64,000 bases of DNA from Zancudomyces culisetae HAW-14-8 (taxonomy: Eukaryota > Fungi > Kickxellomycota): NCBI GenBank assembly GCA_052426225.1, contig JBNJNM010000008.1, forward strand, positions 1,426,001 through 1,490,000, written 5' to 3'. The translations under genes were made by a program, and so were the position numbers. Every line of letters begins with the position of its first letter. The stretch's first letter is position 1. The notes below the pieces were generated by a model, which was not told the DNA's origin, made no database searches, and saw only the letters and a list, made by a program, of their open reading frames with translations. Below, in pieces: positions 13,018 to 24,535 of the stretch.

Positions 13018-14402
13018 GGGAAGAGGTTAATAGATTTAATTCTCCAGTTCCCTTTCAAGATATTTAGTTTGCAATTCATAATATGGTAATGTGATTTTCA
13101 ATTTGCACATATATCAAGCAAAAAGTAATAGGCTATAGGACGGATAAAATTTGTGGAAAAGAGAAGATTGGGGGGATGAACTAAAGAGGAAAACGTTGTT
13201 TTTCAGTATACATCAAAAAAAAAACGAAAGGATGCTGGATTGGGAAGGATCAAAAAAATAAAATAAAAAGTAGCTCAGGCTATTTTACTGGTTGTATTTT
13301 TCGGAAACTGCTAATTAGTAGGAAAGCAAAGTTTTAGTTGCGGTTTTGGTTTTGGTTTTGGTTATTGGAGGATAATATTTGCAAGGGTTCTTTTATTTCA
13401 AATACAATTTTTTTTTTGCAATACTAGATTCTGAATCAATCAGCTTGTGGATAAACTAATACGAATTTGTAAAAATAGTATACTTTACAAAAATTTACAA
13501 ACTTTAGGGCTTTTTTTTTGCTTTAACAAGAAAAAAATGCACTTAAAAGAGTAAAGAACATGGCGTTGTAGTCATAGTAATTCTAAAACTAGTTATTTGG
13601 AAGCGAATAAAAATGGATGAAAAAAAAAGGTGTAAAAGTATTGTAAAATGTTTGACAGAAAACGTGTGCTTTTACGTCAAGACGCTTTTTCTTATCTTGC
13701 CTGATTTTAAAGAAGCATTACAAGTAACGGTAGTGATGATGTATATTTCACAATAATATAGATAGAAAGTAACACAGAGTTTAGAGATACAAAGCATACA
13801 CAAGGATATAATAAGCAAAGCCAATAGGGTGATTTGTGAATGGTTCGGTCTGATTTAAATAAAATATTGGGAAAAATGGAGAAGATGCGTATACCTCCCG
13901 AACTTTTAAATGAAATGTGGTAATAATACATTTTTGTTGAAAGAGTAGGGTATGGTTGGGGGGAGGAGGTAAAGGGGATTTGTTACCCAAGTACGTATAT
14001 TTTTTGTTTTTTATTTTTTATTTTTTTGGGTAAATGAAACATAAAAGATATGGACAAAAATATAAAGTAAAAAGTAAATAAATAAAAATATCACGAGAAT
14101 TGTGGTTTGTGTTGTTTTAAAATATTGGGATGGTTTTTATCTATATACATTTTAATTGGCAAAAAGTGAGAAAAAAAACACATATAAAAAGATACTGGGT
14201 AGACGAATTATAAAAAAGAGTAAAGAAAACTCAAAAAGTTATTGAACCTTTAATTGAATACTAAAAACTCTGTTGTACCTACTAAACTAGCAATAGAATA
14301 TACCTTATTTTCCTTTCTGCGTAACACTAGCCCTAACAAAAAAAAAACGGACCAGTGTATTAAATAATAGAACGCCATCACTCATTAGTAACGAAATTAT
14401 AG

Positions 14403-14410
14403 TATATAAA
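14403..14410 (+). promoter_or_regulatory. Candidate TATA box of the tyrosinase gene
   Basis: TATATAAA about 115 bp upstream of the ATG. The AT-rich background makes chance matches common. Confidence 0.35.
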
Positions 14411-14525
14411 CTCTAGAAGCGATCAATAGATTAATTAGCATAGAGCTTTATATATTTAAGTACCCAGTTAATATCAACAATAGAAAATTTGGAAATAAAG
14501 CAATATAATAGTGCAATAATTTAAA

Positions 14526-16007
14526 ATGAAGTTTACAGCAACATTGGGAGCGGTAGCGGCAACATTGGCATTGGGAGTAAATGCACAAGGATGTAGCCAA
14601 ACAATAGTTCGAAAGGAGATCAGAAACGTAAGCCCAGACGAGTGGTCATACTATTCATATGCACTCTACAGAATGAACAAGAATGGTTGGTTTGCGTGGT
14701 ATAGTTCAATCCACGACAGAAATGCAGGAGACATTCATGGAGTAGCAGTGTTTTTGCCATGGCATCGAGAATTTGCCAACCAGTTTGAGTCTACAGCCAG
14801 ACAATTCTATCCATATTTTGCATTGCCATACTGGGATGCAGCACGTGATTTCTCATTCCCAATAGCCAGTCCAGTGTTGACATACAAGTACTTGGGAGGA
14901 GACGGAAACAGAGCAAATAACGGGTGTGTGACTAACGGACCTCAAGTAGGATGGACGATGGGTTATCCAAACAACGCTTGTCTGCATAGACGCTTCAGCA
15001 ACGGAGACGGAACAATTCCCTCATGGCAAAGTCCTGAAGATGTCACCAGATTGATCCAAACCAGTTCAAGCTTTGGAGCCTTTGCTCCAGGTCTTGAAGG
15101 TGGTATTCACGCTGCTGTACATAACGGAATTGGTGGTGATATGGCTACCATGTGGTCTCCAAATGATGTTGCCTTCTTTTTGCATCACGCCAATATCGAT
15201 CGTATTTGGTGGAAATGGCAAAACTCAAGATCTGGAAACATGTACAGCTACTCTGGCAGAAACAGCAACGGTAGTTCTGCTCAGCTGTCTGATAATATTC
15301 CTGTATTCGGCGGTTCTGTACAAAGCAAAATGGTTGTTGGTCAAAACTCCTACTGCTATTCATATGATGACAACGGTTCTCTCTCTAAACGTGATGAAAT
15401 GGTTCCTAGCACCAACACCCCTGTCATTAGCAATCCTCAAATGAATTTGGCTACTGCTTTGTCTTACTCTTTGTTGCAGAAATACTTCCCATTGCTTGCC
15501 GACAGCTCTCCTGCAAACACAAACTCTGTTGATCTGCCAAATGGTGTTTCTCAAAAGGCCACTCAATTCGCTAACGCTGCTGCTAAAATAATCGAAGATA
15601 TTGTCAACAATTCCCACCATGCCTCTTCTCATTCATCTGCTTCTGCTGCTGCTTCTGCCTCTGCTCCTTCTGCTTATGCTGTTTCTCTCGCTGCTTCCTC
15701 CTCTAATGCCAACAACTCTACTGCTGTTAAGGTTCCTGTAGTCTCTGACACTATTGCTTCTTCAACTGTTGCTACTGCTAACTCTGTAAACTTGGAAGCT
15801 CCTCCTGTCGCTGCTGCTGCAAACTCTTCATCTTCCGATTTGAGTCAGCTTACCAGCAACTACAAGATGCCTTATCCTGCTCGCATCCCTGAACACTGGC
15901 TAACCATGCACGGTATTGATCTTGCTGTTTATGAAGCTGAATACCAAAAATCTATCCAGTTTGTTGATGATTTGAACAATGCTGGCTATGTTTCCCCATA
16001 TATTTAA
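14526..16007 (+). CDS. Secreted tyrosinase (type-3 di-copper protein) with C-terminal extension
   Basis: Signal peptide MKFTATLGAVAATLALGVNA; RKEIR N-terminal motif; CuA H..HG..FLPWHR; LPYWD; CuB HAAVH...SPND..FFLHHANIDRIW; C-terminal YSY motif followed by KR and a Ser/Ala-rich linker. Confidence 0.95.
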   Translation: MKFTATLGAVAATLALGVNAQGCSQTIVRKEIRNVSPDEWSYYSYALYRMNKNGWFAWYSSIHDRNAGDIHGVAVFLPWHREFANQFESTARQFYPYFALPYWDAARDFSFPIASPVLTYKYLGGDGNRANNGCVTNGPQVGWTMGYPNNACLHRRFSNGDGTIPSWQSPEDVTRLIQTSSSFGAFAPGLEGGIHAAVHNGIGGDMATMWSPNDVAFFLHHANIDRIWWKWQNSRSGNMYSYSGRNSNGSSAQLSDNIPVFGGSVQSKMVVGQNSYCYSYDDNGSLSKRDEMVPSTNTPVISNPQMNLATALSYSLLQKYFPLLADSSPANTNSVDLPNGVSQKATQFANAAAKIIEDIVNNSHHASSHSSASAAASASAPSAYAVSLAASSSNANNSTAVKVPVVSDTIASSTVATANSVNLEAPPVAAAANSSSSDLSQLTSNYKMPYPARIPEHWLTMHGIDLAVYEAEYQKSIQFVDDLNNAGYVSPYI

Positions 16008-18159
16008 GCTCTTCGTTATTCCGGTTTATCCGTTATTCTTTATCTCTATTATCATTCATCCTGATGATTATCGTATCTTTACTATTAATTTGGTATCATT
16101 AAACTATTTTTTAACAAAATATAGTATAAGTTGATTTTTTTTTTAGTAATATGGAATACTTTATTATTTAAAAAAGACCCCTCAAGGATTTGGAGAAGTT
16201 CAAACTGGATAATACTTATTAGTACTACAAAACTCGATTTTTCTTATGAACTTTTAAAGCTGTAGCCTTGTCTATGAATTTGTCTGTAATAAGAAACTCT
16301 GATCCAATTGTGGTGAGTACTATTCTCTATTTTAGAGTAACAATTAATTAAATCCCTGATATGCACAGTTTTGTTTAACCATTAAATATTTTGTATTAAA
16401 AATAACTAATACTAGTTTTTAGGCTACCAAGCAGTCAAATAATAAGTGGATTGTCCCAAGTTTAGTCAACACTTATAATCCCAATGACTTGTCATTTTGC
16501 TAAAATATGACAAGATAATGTCTGATATTATAAAAGAAAAGAAAATGGGAGGGGGGGAGGGGGGGGTGAGCAGTAGGAAACAGAGGGAATGACTACTTTT
16601 TTAAAAGTATAATAACGTATAGTTGAAAGTCTAAAGATACAATATTGAGATTACAAGTCGGGCTTTGTGGGTTTAGGTTGTTAAGAATCGTTTAAAAAAT
16701 AGTATGACATGCGATAAACCACAGTTTTGTCGAGGAGTAAAACTTTGGCGTATATGAGCGCAATACAATTGTTTATATGTATATTATAGGTAGTTTGCAA
16801 AGCTTATTTCTTGGTTTTGATTAATTAAACAGAATATGATATACCAGATTCATAAAGTAATGATCGGGCTTGAGACTTTTAGAGCTTTATTGCATACCAG
16901 GATTATACACAGTATATTAGAGTTAACATAATTACATTAGTTCAAATATGTGTTTTTTTTATTTGAGTTTTAATAATGTACTCTTGATTAGCTGGAGTGT
17001 TGAAGTATTGGAATATTGGAATATTGGAATATTAGTTTAATAGAATATTAGAATATTTTAATTGTTGGAATGTTTTAATTATTGGAATGTTTTAATTATT
17101 GGAAATTCTAAACTAATATGGAAAATATTGATATTCAGTAAATATACCACATTATATAATTTATTGGTAAGGGTTTTATATTATATAATTGTTATCAGCT
17201 TTTACTTGATACAAAAATCCCATTAGATCAAATCATAAATTATATGATAATCTCATACAGATAATGTGAAAATATAATGTATCAACCAAGCTAATATGCT
17301 ATTTATAAAATATGGCCATGAACACTAGTAGTGATATCTAGTATTTTTGCTCATGTTTTGATGGAGAGGTGGTGGTGGTGGAAGTATTTAAGTCTACATT
17401 TATGTAAGCGTAGGTTTTGTAAGTTACCAAGTTGACACATGTACAGAATTTATTGGATATGTTCAATGCTAAAAATATTAGAAAAAGTATTAAACTAAAA
17501 GAAAATCTACTAATTGATATTGTTTTAGAACCAATCTCTTACACACTGTCAATATCACCCTCCACTGACACCATTCACACCCCTATCACTATACTCTCGT
17601 CTCATATATAGATTATATATTGTAAAGTATAAAGCTAGGGTTTAGTTGTGTATATACATCAGAGTAATTATGTATACTGCTACAGCGGATGAATGGTTGA
17701 ATATGTGAATACTAGGTTACTTTTTGCTATTTGTGGGTAATGATGTTAATTTATCAGTAAATCAATTAATCAATCAATCAACTAGTTAATCAATCAATCA
17801 ATCATTAATATTATTAAAGAGTCAATATTTTTGAATTTATTGATCGGTAAAAAAAATAAAAAGAGAAAGAAAAAGAAAAAGGATAAAAAAAAAAGCTGAG
17901 AATTAGAAAACTTGAGCTCAATTCCCGGGTATTCACCAATACTAGTTAACCAGTTGATAAAGTATTATGTATAAGATTTTTCTTCTTTACTAAAGATAGA
18001 CTCAGATTGTAAAAATAGATCAATGTATACGTTTCATCAGTTAATGTGATTAACCCCAACCTCGATCCCCCAACCCCAACCCCAACCCTCTCAAAAAAAA
18101 AAGGATAAAGCTAAATGATGTTTTTACATGTGTTTATTTGAATCAAATGGAAAAACGTG

Positions 18160-18167
18160 TATATAAA
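18160..18167 (+). promoter_or_regulatory. Candidate TATA box of the secreted Ala/Asn-rich gene
   Basis: TATATAAA about 150 bp upstream of the ATG at 18315. Confidence 0.3.
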
Positions 18168-18314
18168 CCATGATCTGTTTACTCATAACCTCAACAGAAT
18201 CAGCAACATAATACTACTACAATAACATTATTAGCACAGAAACAGCATCATTAATCTACAAGATATCAATAACTAACAAAAATAAATAAATATAAAGTAA
18301 AGCAATAGTAAAAA

Positions 18315-18956
18315 ATGGTAAAGATCACATTAGCAGGAGTATCAGTTGCATGCGCAATGCTTTCAGCAAGTGCCACACCAGTTGCTCAACCATTCGGCAA
18401 TGCATACCAGAACCAAGAGTTGGCGGCAGCAATAATAGCAGCAAATATGGCAGGACTTCGATACGGAGCCCAACGCTCAATGCTTCGAAACGCTAGAGCG
18501 GTTGAACTTGCTGATCGTGGAATTTTCGATCTGAGTCCTGATCAAGAATCTCGCTTAAACGATGTACTCGCGGGAATTGCTAACGGGGTTGCACAAAGTA
18601 ACGTGGTGGGAAACTTTGTATCTAATGTTATCAGCTTCCTTCCATTCAGTGGAGCTTTAGGAAACTTGATTAATGGAGCAGTTAGTGGATTGGCTAATGG
18701 AATTACAACTGCTAACGCAAATCAGAAGGCTGCAGCTGCTCAAAATGCCAATGCGAATGCCAATGCCAATGTAGTTGCTCAAGCTGCCAATGTAGCTGCT
18801 AGTGTACCCGCTCAAGCAGGTAATGTAGCTGCCCAAAGTGCCAATACACACTTTCAACCTCAAGGTATTCAAGGTGCACAACTTGTTCAGGCTGCTCAAC
18901 CTGCTCAGGGTGCCAGCTCCAATGCAAAATTTAATTTAGGTGCTAGTTTCAGCTGA
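18315..18956 (+). CDS. Secreted Ala/Asn/Gln-rich hypothetical protein
   Basis: 213-aa ORF, AAAAATGG start context, N-terminal signal peptide (...SASATP) and coding-like composition. No family recognised. Confidence 0.8.
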   Translation: MVKITLAGVSVACAMLSASATPVAQPFGNAYQNQELAAAIIAANMAGLRYGAQRSMLRNARAVELADRGIFDLSPDQESRLNDVLAGIANGVAQSNVVGNFVSNVISFLPFSGALGNLINGAVSGLANGITTANANQKAAAAQNANANANANVVAQAANVAASVPAQAGNVAAQSANTHFQPQGIQGAQLVQAAQPAQGASSNAKFNLGASFS

Positions 18957-19097
18957 TAAATGTTGTTTAGAATTTTATATTGTATGTATTTATTTATTTA
19001 ATTGATTTATTGCAAATGTGATTTAATGTAATAAAATAAATGATATAATTAAAAGTAATTATTAGAAGAAAAAAAAGAAAAAAAAAATCTAAAGAAA

Positions 19098-22016
19098 TTA
19101 TTGAGAAGATAAAGCAGCTTCTCTAGCAGCTCTAATAAGGGGAGAAAGTATAGAAAGAGGACCAGATTTCTGGATGAAAGGATGAGTAAGAATAGCAGTG
19201 GCAGAAGGACGGGAGGCGGGGTCAACAGAGAGAGATTTGGCGAGGAAATCGCGAAAAGTATAGGAGAGAGAGTCAGGGGAGTGGATTTTGGGGGTGCCGT
19301 TGGTGGCAATCATGTAAAGGGCACGAAGAGGGTTTTCGTTGAGGTAAGGAGGTTCACCTTCAACCATTTCGATGGCCATGATACCAAGAGACCAAATATC
19401 GACTTTTGGACCGTATTCTTTTCGGGTTACAACTTCGGGGGCCATCCAGTAAGGAGTTCCAACCATGGTAGTGCGTTTGGAGGAGGCGGGAGTGAGTTGA
19501 GCGCAAAAACCAAAGTCGGTGATTTTGATTTCGCCATTTAAACTGAGCAGAATGTTATCGGACTTGATGTCACGATGGATGACACGGTTTGCATGTAGAT
19601 GGGCAAGACCTTCAAGAGTTTCGCGGCAAACAGTGGCGATTTGAGATTCAGTCATTAGGCTGTTTGTAACAACGTCAGTGAGAGAACCGCCTTCCATATA
19701 TTCCATAACAACCCATAAATCCTCGATATGAAGGAATGAATCAATAAAGTTGACAATGTTTTTATGTTTAGACTCTCTCATCACCAGAATTTCATTGATA
19801 ATAAGATCCTTTTTGGGCTGTGCGACTAGGTTCATCTGCTTGATGGCTACAATACTGTTGCTTCCAACAGGCTGGGCTGTATAAACACCGCCTGAAGCAC
19901 CTTGTCCAATTAGTACCAGTGACCGATACAGTTTGGATGGGTCGTTGGGATTACAAATGGCTTTTAGCTTCTCAACAACTGCACGTAAACTTGGTTCGTC
20001 TGCTTGAGGTTGTTGATCAGGTTTGGTTCTTGAGATTGGAACGTCGTCTTTGTTGGATTGAGATTTTTGTACTATTTGTTGTTCTGTTTGTTGTTGTTGT
20101 TTTTGCTGTTGTTGTTGTTTTTGTTTTTGTATTTGTTGTTGTTGTTGCTGTTGTTGTTGCTGTTGTTGTTGTTGTTGTTGTTGTTGTTGCTGTTGTTGTT
20201 GTTGTTGTTGTTGTGTTTCTTTATTTTTAAAAAGTTGAACACTTCCATCACTACTACGACTGTGAAAACTTTTAGCACTATCATGTTTATTACTTTTTTC
20301 AATCTCTTTTTCTTTTTCTTTTTCTTTTTTTCTTTGTAATTGTAATTGTAACTGCTTTTCTTTTTCTTTTTCTCTTTCTCGTTCCTTTTCTCTTTCTATT
20401 TCTCTTTCTCTTTCTTGTTGTTTTCTTTGTTTTTCATATTCATGTCGAGTTTCTTGTATATTAGATTCAAATATATTGTTATTACTCATAGCAGTAGCAG
20501 AGAAATCACGTAAAACATTTGTAATTGGAGGTAACTGTGGTGGTTGTGGCGAAAATGCTTGTAATTCTGTAGAACTAGTTTTTATTACCAGTTTTTCTTT
20601 TTCTTTCTTCTTTTCCTTTTCCTTTTCCTTTTCTTTATTTGATGTATCCAAATAATTACCAATAGTATTACTATCAACTTCATATGAATATCCTGCTGCT
20701 GTCCGTCCTGCTGCTTCCATCTTTTTCCATACCATATCATCTTCTTCATCTTCTCGTTCCATCGCTCCATTATGATTCGTTCCATTTCTAGTCTTCGTCT
20801 TGGTCTTATGACTGGGCTTCGAAATATTGGTTGATTGATAAAACTCCATCACCTTAATCACCGCCTCCTGGTTCTTTTCTTGATCCTGTTTTGTAATTCC
20901 TGCATCTCGCAACAGTGTTGACCATTCCTTTGGTAATCCTGTAAACTCTCCTGTCTCATTATCTACTCCAACATGTGTCAAATGAATCGGATTGTACGGT
21001 GCTGATATCTCAGCTTTTCGTGGTTCTCCACTTAACAAATCCGTCATTGAACTAACTAGATTATTTAACACCCCCTTAATTCGTGTCTTTCCAACATTAT
21101 TATTGTTACTATTTCCATTAACACTGTTATTATTGTTATTATTATTGTTGATGTTATTATTATTGTTGCTGTTGTTGTTGTTGTTATTATTATTATTAAT
21201 ACCACTATGCCCTTGATCAGTTTGTACTGGTTCTAATGTCCCCAAATATACACTATTCAATGTTCTACTCACTCCATCCTCTCTTTCTTCTTCTTCTTCC
21301 TCTTTTTCTTCTCCTCCTGTTCTTCTCTCTTCACGTCCTGGAGATGTCTTGCTTCGCTGCATCATTTGTCCTCCACCCTCACTTTCTGCCAATCCTCTAC
21401 CTATCACTGATGGCCCAAGTCCTGTTTTCTTTGGTGTTGGTGGTGCTGCTCGCTGTCTCTGTCCTTGTACCTGCCCCTGCCCCTGTACTTGAGACTGACC
21501 TATTTTTTTTCCCATACTATATCCCTTGCCTACTTTCATTGTATTTGATCTACGGTTTTCTCGCTTTCCTTCCATTCCTCCTGCCCGTCTCTCTCTTTCT
21601 CTCTCTCTCTCTCTTTCTCTTCCCCTTTCACCTTGTCCTTTTACTTGCTCGTCATACCCCTGTCCCTCCCAGCCGTATTCCCGAATACCTATTGCGTTCA
21701 TTGAACTCGATTGTCGAAGTTTTGTTGTTGTTGTTGTCGTTGTATATAACTGTTTCTGACCCTGGCTCGAACCTTGTCCCTGTCCTTTCCCTGGTGGTAT
21801 TGGTGCATTTCTTTGTGGAACATATTTACCCATAAACCCTAATTCAAACCTTGTATCATGCACAGTTTTGGAATCCATAAACGTACCTCCAATCTCATAT
21901 CCCTTGTTTTCCACCTGTTTTCCATTCTGTCCTAGCATTTTTTCTTTTCCATCTCCTGTTTCTTTTTTGTATACATCACCCACAATTCCTCTTGACTCTT
22001 TTTCGTTCCTATACAT
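19098..22016 (-). CDS. STE20: Ste20/PAK family serine/threonine kinase
   Basis: CRIB motif [15 protein letters not shown]; kinase motifs [26 protein letters not shown] and GTPYWMAPE; C-terminal SILSPLI. First in-frame ATG is 22016 (the ORF track starts at TTG 22103), so the true start is uncertain. Confidence 0.93.
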   Translation of the reverse strand: MYRNEKESRGIVGDVYKKETGDGKEKMLGQNGKQVENKGYEIGGTFMDSKTVHDTRFELGFMGKYVPQRNAPIPPGKGQGQGSSQGQKQLYTTTTTTTKLRQSSSMNAIGIREYGWEGQGYDEQVKGQGERGRERERERERERRAGGMEGKRENRRSNTMKVGKGYSMGKKIGQSQVQGQGQVQGQRQRAAPPTPKKTGLGPSVIGRGLAESEGGGQMMQRSKTSPGREERRTGGEEKEEEEEEREDGVSRTLNSVYLGTLEPVQTDQGHSGINNNNNNNNNSNNNNNINNNNNNNNSVNGNSNNNNVGKTRIKGVLNNLVSSMTDLLSGEPRKAEISAPYNPIHLTHVGVDNETGEFTGLPKEWSTLLRDAGITKQDQEKNQEAVIKVMEFYQSTNISKPSHKTKTKTRNGTNHNGAMEREDEEDDMVWKKMEAAGRTAAGYSYEVDSNTIGNYLDTSNKEKEKEKEKKKEKEKLVIKTSSTELQAFSPQPPQLPPITNVLRDFSATAMSNNNIFESNIQETRHEYEKQRKQQEREREIEREKEREREKEKEKQLQLQLQRKKEKEKEKEIEKSNKHDSAKSFHSRSSDGSVQLFKNKETQQQQQQQQQQQQQQQQQQQQQQQQQQQIQKQKQQQQQKQQQQTEQQIVQKSQSNKDDVPISRTKPDQQPQADEPSLRAVVEKLKAICNPNDPSKLYRSLVLIGQGASGGVYTAQPVGSNSIVAIKQMNLVAQPKKDLIINEILVMRESKHKNIVNFIDSFLHIEDLWVVMEYMEGGSLTDVVTNSLMTESQIATVCRETLEGLAHLHANRVIHRDIKSDNILLSLNGEIKITDFGFCAQLTPASSKRTTMVGTPYWMAPEVVTRKEYGPKVDIWSLGIMAIEMVEGEPPYLNENPLRALYMIATNGTPKIHSPDSLSYTFRDFLAKSLSVDPASRPSATAILTHPFIQKSGPLSILSPLIRAAREAALSSQ
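20133..20213 (-). repeat. CAA/CAG trinucleotide repeat encoding 27 consecutive Gln in STE20
   Basis: 81 bp of TTG/CTG on the plus strand. Confidence 0.95.
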
Positions 22017-24498
22017 TTTATTCCTCTCGTACAATACCTTCCTTCTTTGTTTTTTTTTTAACCTACAAGTTACAATCGCGTCCCTGGTTTGATTCCAATA
22101 CAATACAACTTTGTTTAATATACTATAATATAATATACAAATTCCACCTCTTTTGGTATATATTATATTATACTATACTATATCTATATCTATCTATATC
22201 TATTTGCTCTATTTTCTTTTTGCTTTCTGTCGATTTTATTTTACATTTGTTTGTACAATTTACCCTTTATTCTCTTTTAACTTTTGATATTGTTACAACC
22301 AAAATGTTCATAATATCCTTTATTTCCAAGTCTGCTGAATTATTTTTAAATGTATTCCATACTTTTTTATTATTTTTATAAATTATAATTTTTTAAATCG
22401 AAGAAAATGAATGGAAATTACTATTTTTTCCTACCAAACTTTAGATATAAAAACAAATATAAATTATTAAAATTGTTATTATTGTTTTATTGTTTTATTG
22501 TAAAACGATAAATTCTACAGTGTAATAAAAACCAAGTTTGACATGTATTTCACTCACTGGAATATTATATAAAATAATATTATTAATAGCAAAATAAAAA
22601 TAAAACAGTGCTATTTTCATAGCATAAAATTGTAAATATTCTTTCATCATTTACTCTGATTTGCTTTTACATGTAATTATTACGTTATTCTTTTGTTTTT
22701 TTTTGTTTTTTTTTTTTACCTTTTTCCAAAAATGACAATTAAATAGAAATAATATAATCCAAACTAAGAAATTAAAATAATAAAAAGCCATTTAGAACTC
22801 TTTAGATTAGCTCAAATTATAAATGATGGGTTTTTTTTCTTATTTTTCACTACAAGAATTTCGATGTCTTTGAAAATCTTGCCTATCCAATTCCCCCCCC
22901 CCTCTCTCTATTTTCCTCCTCTTCCCTCCCTTCTTCCCTTCTTCCAACCATTACCACCATCACCATCACCATCATTTTTAACAACACCCCATCAACTTTT
23001 CCCCTCCAATTTCCCATTTCCCATTTCGTATTTCCCATTTCATATTTCCCATCTCTCTAGCCTATCATTTCTCCATCCTATCATCTCTCTCCTTTCTCTT
23101 CTCGCCTTACCTTTTTTTTTACCTCACCTCACCTCACCTCACCTTACCATAACATGTCTCTTTTTTTTCATTGTTGTTTATCAACTCCCCCTCCCCCTTT
23201 CTCCCTCATCTCATCTTGGTAGCCAATTCAATATTTCCCATACCCCTTTTTCATTTCATCAATTCAAGCCATTTTACCTTGTTATTTCCCATATTTTTAC
23301 CCAAGAAAGTTCCACATTTAGCATATTTTACCTTTCGGTTTAATTCGGTTCTTTTTATTCGGTTTTTTCCAATTCACTTCAAGTCCAATTTACCTGGTTT
23401 CAACTTTTTTGAATGTTATCTCTGCTTTCCCACTCCCCCGCTCCCCCCACTCTCTCTATCCCCCCACCTCCCACCTCCTACCTCCTACCTCCCATCACTT
23501 ATCCTTTTTCACTATCTTTCTCTCGCACATTACTCTTAACTGGTCCACTTTTTTTTTATCCCCTTCCCTCCTCTCCCATTTCTATCTTGCTACACAATAT
23601 ACCCCATTACACATCCCTCATATCAACAAATAGATAAAGAATAAATAAATTTATCCATACACAATAACAAAATATAACATAAACTAGTTTGTACTCTTAG
23701 TATATTTGATTTTTTTTATACCCAAATCTTCTATTTACCCACTCTATTTTTCAAATTAACCCTACATCTTTCTTTTATTGTACTATACATCTCTTTTCCT
23801 CAAAAAAAAACAACAATAAAAATAAAGAAAATAGTACCCAAAAAAAATATAACAACTAGGTTATTCAAATACAACCTTTCCCATACCCTCCCCTCCCCCC
23901 TTTTCCAAGCTTTGTGTATTAAAAGTACAAAAATATTATTTTATCTTTTATTTCTATTCTACTTGATTCATCTTTACAATTCTTTACTTACAATCTTTTT
24001 CTCTTTATCTTTTTTTTTATACACCTATCCATCCATCGATCTATCCATCCATCCAGATATCTAGATATCTATTTTTTACTAAAATGGTAAAAGTCTCTGT
24101 AAAATACTTTTCAATGTATTTCCAACTAAACACACACCTTCCTTCCTTTCACTACAAATAATATAATGTAATCTATTATTCCAAGATACTTTCAAAATTT
24201 TATAAACATAGTAACAAGTAGCCCAATGTTATCCTTCCCTCTCTCGATCTTTTTCTCCTCAAAAAATACCAAATTAAATGCATTATAATGCTTGACAAAC
24301 AGACGACTCACTTTTAAACATTTAAGCTAATGATCTTAGACTTGGCCTTGGTCTTGGTTAGCTACATCATAAACACCAATCTTCATATAGCTGGCCCCGT
24401 CACACTAGCTCTTTTGAGAGCAAACTTAGTATCAAGTTGTTACTAAAGGTAAGGCTTTATATCTTTTTTCTTCTACTTATGAACCTTCTTGCCTTTCG

Positions 24499-24535
24499 CA
24501 CACACACACACACACACACTCTCTCTCTCTCTCTC
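24499..24535. repeat. (CA)n(CT)n compound dinucleotide microsatellite
   Basis: Directly visible. Confidence 0.85.

Noticed and set aside
19182-21835. Several plus-strand ORFs including poly-Leu/poly-Val stretches
   Set aside because: Antisense shadows of the STE20 kinase domain and its poly-Q/poly-N repeats.
22864-23637. Pro/Leu/Ser/Phe-rich ORFs upstream of STE20
   Set aside because: Arise from pyrimidine-rich low-complexity DNA that lacks stop codons; no protein features.
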